A DNA stretch of 64,000 bases from Eledone cirrhosa (lineage: Eukaryota), in contig OZ024746.1 in assembly GCA_964016885.1 (NCBI GenBank), positions 73,718,001 through 73,782,000 of the forward strand. The letters run 5' to 3'. The notes under the pieces were generated by a model, which worked only from the letters and a program-made list of their open reading frames with translations, had not been told where the DNA came from and did no database searches. Made by a program: the position numbers and the translations under genes. This document shows positions 59,408 to 64,000 of the stretch, one piece after another; position 1 is the stretch's first letter; every line of letters begins with the position of its first letter.

Positions 59408-59619
59408 ATCGACTTGCGTCAAATCGGACCGAGGCAACAATGTTTCCGTTGGTCTTTCCAATTGCTAATACTATCTATCGGTCGCAACTCCAGGTAGAAG
59501 GAGCAACCTGAAATAAAGTGTCTTGCTCAAGGGCATAACGCATCCCCTGGTTCAGGAATCGAACTCACAACCTTACGATTGCGAATCCAATTCTCTAACC
59601 ACTCAGCCACACGCCTTCA

Positions 59620-59620
<1 letters not shown>
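59408..59620 (-). mobile_element. CORE-type SINE
   Basis: AAGTGTCTTGCTCAAGG; the head GAAGGCGTGTGGCTGAGTGG reads on the minus strand. Confidence 0.75.
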
Positions 59621-59704
<84 letters not shown>

Positions 59705-59959
59705 GTGAGTGTAAAAGGTAAACAGATATAACAAAATAAACGGTAGAGTATATGGAAGGAATATATTAGTGTAACGCTTGAAAGTCGAATGACCATATTA
59801 TGTGACCCACGTTGATTATATATATATATATATATATATATAATCAACGTGGGTCACATAATATGGTCATTCGATTGTCAAGCGTTACACTAATATATTC
59901 CTTCCATATACTCTACCGTTTATTTTGTTATATCTGTTTACCTTTTACACTCACACACG

Positions 59960-60015
<56 letters not shown>

Positions 60016-60029
60016 TGAAGGCGTGTGGC

Positions 60030-60228
60030 TGAGTTGACATTGCACTCAGTGCTCCTTTGGGAGCCCCTACATGGACACACTAGAAGTGGAAGACCAAGGT
60101 TAACATATGTTGATGCCCTAAGGACAGACACTGGTCTGTTGGAGATGCAGGATATGGCAGCGATAATGAGGGACAGAGACCGCTGGAGAGAACTCGTCCA
60201 TGGATCTCGGGAATTTTACCCGCCTTAG
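60030..60228 (+). mobile_element. RTE-X-type LINE 3' end, 5'-truncated
   Basis: Near-identical to 21919-22113; ends in a tagata/(TA)n tail. Confidence 0.85.
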
Positions 60229-60232
60229 ATAG

Positions 60233-60271
<39 letters not shown>

Positions 60272-60704
60272 CAGAGTGAGAGAGAGCAAAACCAAAAGGC
60301 ATGAGACCCAGGGGTAGACCTCGAGCAAGATGTTTGGTCTCGCTCGGGGATCCAGCCGGATCAGTTGGAGACGGTTGCTACTGAGATGACCCGCTGGGAG
60401 GAGTGTTCCTCTCAGGAATGAATGGACGAAGAAGAATATAATGAGCTTCGAATATTTGGGTAGTCATTTCACTTTGGGGATTTCGAAAGACCCAAATTGC
60501 AAACCATACAAATCTAAAGAGGAACAGACAGACATATTAATTGAATCAAGGGTTACATTAAAATATAAAAATATATTGACTATATATTTTATTAATGGAG
60601 CTCGAACATTTTATCAGTAAAAAAAAATTACTTTATCTTTGCACACATTTGTATGAGAAGAATAAAATGACAGAATTTTCAACTTTGCTATTTGTTATAC
60701 TATT

Positions 60705-60917
60705 TGTGTCAGTAGAGCGTCTGACAAAATGCTTTGCGGCATAGAGTTATGGGCCTTTAAGTTCTGAGTTCAAATCCTGCCAAGATCAGCTTTGCCTTTC
60801 ATCCTTACGGGGTCGATAAAATAAAGTACCAGTAATGCACTGGATTCGATTTTATCGACTTTCCCCTCCTCTTCAAATTGTTAGCCTTTTGCCTAAATCT
60901 GAAACCGATATTATTAT
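60705..60917 (+). mobile_element. Same SINE family, longer variant
   Basis: Shared B box and central domain. Confidence 0.7.
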
Positions 60918-60934
60918 TCCATGCCGTACAACAG

Positions 60935-62555
60935 CGCCGCCGGATGCTGGACGGATGGACCAGTGAAGTTACTCGGGGTCTTGATCAGACTGAACCTCCA
61001 GGTGAATAAGAACTGGGACGAAATAAGGAACAGGGTGGCCACTCTCACCCAGAAATGGGCCGAGAGAAGCTAACCCTGAAAGTTTGGATGGATGTGGCGA
61101 ACGTTTACATCGCATCCGTCATCTACTAACGCCTGATCGTCGTGCCATGCCCCCTATTTGCATCTCACGAAATTGGAACGTCTGTTCTTCTGCTTTTTGT
61201 GAAAGGGACAAGTTCCATTGGGAAGTGGTCCATCTGCTGCCAAAACCCTGTCCGCGGAGGGCTGGACATGCCCTGGCTGATGCTGCACAAACATGCGCTG
61301 AGGCTACGGCATCTTCAGATATTCTTAAACGGCGAACAGATGTGGTCGCCGTTTGTGAGACAGACCCTTCCACAGCTTGTCTCTTTCATTGAACAGTCCC
61401 GGGTCAAGAAGCGACCAAGACTGTGCGCCTGGCACCTAGAATGTTGCCAAGCGCTCACTGCCCCCCACAAGGCGAGCAATGGAAATTCCATTGTTGAGTT
61501 CTAGAGAAGATTAGTGGTGGGAAAGTGCGACGACGCTCTTGGTGAGGCTCTGGGCATCGACGTTATCGAAATGATCAATCTGTTTTGAGCCGGGGACTAT
61601 GGATAACTTCCAGAAATCCCTCGCTTGGAAGTGTTACCGGGGGGCACTGCCGGTTCGAGATAAACTCTACAGGCACAGAAGTGCTGTCAGATGGACCTGC
61701 CCGAGATGTGCGCAGAGCAACGAAAGCGTTCTGCATGCACACGCCCAATGTACGTGCATTACTGACTTGTGGAGTTATATCGAACAGCTGTTATCGCGTG
61801 TAGAACGGATCCGGTTATTGGCCGAGTCCATAGTGAAGATCACACCGCCGCCTTCTTTTGGCTGGGAAGAACAGGCAGTTTTCCTCTGTCTGGTGGCCGT
61901 AGCAAAAGAGGTTGTATGGTGGACCAGGTCTTTTCTCTTCGGCCAATCCCTCATCAACCTATTAACGTTTCACTAGAAAAGGAAGGTGAGGGTAGAGAAA
62001 GAATTGCGCCACCCCAGTACATTTGCTAAAAAGTGAGTGAATGTGGCGCAAATAACCCGTGTGCATGGGCATACTCTGAGCATGCGCCTGTAGGCTGGTT
62101 GATTTGAGGAGGAGAGGCGGGTACTTCACGGGTACTCATGAAGCGTCGGGTGGTTCAGGATTGGTGCGGTACCTCAGCTGTCCCTGGGTGGTTCTTCCCC
62201 CATTGAGGAATTCTGTTGTTTGCATTTTTATCGTTTATTATTATTATTGCTGTATTTGAGGGCGGTGGATTGGCAAAATCGGTGGAGGGTCGGACGCCAT
62301 GCTTTCCAGCATAGTTTCGTCCCTTTACGATCTGAGTTCAAATCCCGCCGAGGTTGACTTTGCCTTTCATCCTTACGGGGTCGATAAAATAAAGTACCAG
62401 TAATGCACTGGGTAATTGCTGGCCTTGTGCCTAATGTAGAAACAATTATTATTATTGCTGTATATATTTTTTAATTCGTCATTATTTTGTAAACCCCTAC
62501 TGTCCCTGTCTTGTATTGGCCCCTATATATAGGCCCTAGTGGTCAATAAAGAAGT
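60935..62555 (+). mobile_element. Tx1/L1-clade LINE 3' part (post-RT region, zinc knuckle, 3' UTR) containing a SINE insertion
   Basis: KNWDEIRNRV...KWAER, GGLDMP, AWKCYRGALPV...CPRC...ESVLH...C. AATAAA at about 62546 followed by a (TTA)n tail. Confidence 0.8.
62259..62450 (+). mobile_element. Same SINE family, inserted in the LINE 3' UTR
   Basis: Flanked by the direct repeat ATTATTATTGCTGTAT, a putative TSD. Confidence 0.85.
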
Positions 62556-62599
62556 TATTATTATTATTATTATTATTATTATGTATGTATAAATACATA

Positions 62600-62633
<34 letters not shown>

Positions 62634-62686
62634 TATACACATATAACTATCTATGCATATATACACCGCTCTCTATATAAATATAC

Positions 62687-62762
<76 letters not shown>

Positions 62763-62856
62763 GAGAGTGAGTATGTGGTGCTGAGATCAGGGAGACCACT
62801 CTATTCATGGAAAAAAAGTTGGGTTCCTAACTCTCCCTCCCCCCCTCTCTCTCTCT

Positions 62857-62952
<96 letters not shown>

Positions 62953-63009
62953 GTATGCTTGTATGTACACATATTATATTATAAAGTTGTGAATGTAATT
63001 TTTTTTCTG

Positions 63010-63675
63010 GAGAATCGACACCAATGTCGGATTGGTACTTTATTTATCGGCCTGATACGCGATAAGGCCCACGCACAGCCCCGGTGGACAGAATGGAGAA
63101 GGCGTTTCCTCGCAGGACAGCAAGAGAGACGCGCTGGAAAAGCCACTCCAACTCGCGGGGCTCACACATGCGGCTGGCCAGCTCAGCGCCTATGGTGGTG
63201 AGTAAGGAGGTAGCCTTGGGGCCGTGGACACCAGAAGTCTCCACTGCCAGGGGTACGACCGCAAACCTGTCGGAGAGCGACCGGTATTTAGAGGAGTTTG
63301 GCCTCCTCAGCCCGACGTGCAGCAGAACCTGGATCAGTCGCAGACTGCACCAGGTTGCGGTTGCAGAAAGTGTCGGTGCAAGTGGCATCCCAGACGAGGG
63401 GTTTGCCACACGGAACGGGAAGATGGTCATACCGTCTGGCCTTTTGCCGTCACCTCGATCCAGCCCTACCGGCTCGAGCTGGGAAGTGAAGCCTGCAGCG
63501 TCCAAGCCATGCTTAATGACCTCGTTGAGGGCAGCATGGCGTGGAATGCGGCCGGCACTGTGGCGACAGGAAAGCGGGTGGAGGCCGAAAGAATCCACGG
63601 TGGAACCGCAGCGACATTGGTGTGGCTGGCAGATCCGGAGGCCGAGCCCCAGGGAAACACCGATGCGCATTACAC
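63010..63675 (-). mobile_element. CRE-clade non-LTR retrotransposon C-terminus (CCHC zinc finger and restriction-like endonuclease)
   Basis: CRCG...H...C...RHAALN...EP...DGKRPDG...WDAT (after a frameshift)...VETSG...QRVSLAVLRGNA; AATAAA near the stop. Confidence 0.85.
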
Positions 63676-63894
63676 TGTAATTTGCTATAATATACTAATC
63701 AGCTTGGGAATAGAAACTTGTCGGATCTATCTATTTCTCTACCCACGTCTGTCAGTCAATCTCTGTTTCTCTCTCTATATATATATGTGTGTTTATATAT
63801 ATGTATATATATATATATATATATGGTTATATGTATATATATATGTATTTATTATATGTGTTTATATAATAAATACATATATATATACATATAA

Positions 63895-63937
<43 letters not shown>

Positions 63938-64000
63938 TATAAACACATATATATATACATATATATAAACACATATATATATACATATATATAAACACAC

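Noticed and set aside
63084-63680. 198-aa plus-strand ORF
   Set aside because: Antisense shadow of the CRE endonuclease frame.

Overview
AT-rich animal DNA, most likely an octopus or other cephalopod (inferred from the dense (TA)n/(CA)n/(GA)n microsatellites and the SINE types). Almost every listed ORF is a microsatellite artefact. The only confident host coding sequence is the terminal exon of an UNC-93A-like MFS membrane protein gene (6133-6365, +), which the ORF track misses. The rest is repeats: tRNA-derived SINEs, LINE fragments (RTE, RTE-X, Tx1/L1, CRE, possible CR1), Penelope-like (PLE) coding fragments, mariner and Tigger relics, MITEs and minisatellites. The most striking signal is about 20 minimal type-I hammerhead ribozyme motifs, read by eye. 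They lie in many dissimilar 150-450 bp non-coding elements, most of which sit in (TA)n tracts. Many of these elements are fold-back palindromes, and many share a downstream ACTC-(spacer)-GAGTRCT stem 30-80 nt before the (TA)n junction. This suggests a diverse family of TA-targeting, ribozyme-bearing non-autonomous retroelements, probably mobilised by PLEs. A short non-autonomous RTE derivative with a covarying structured 5' RNA is also present. All calls are by inspection only; repeat boundaries are approximate.
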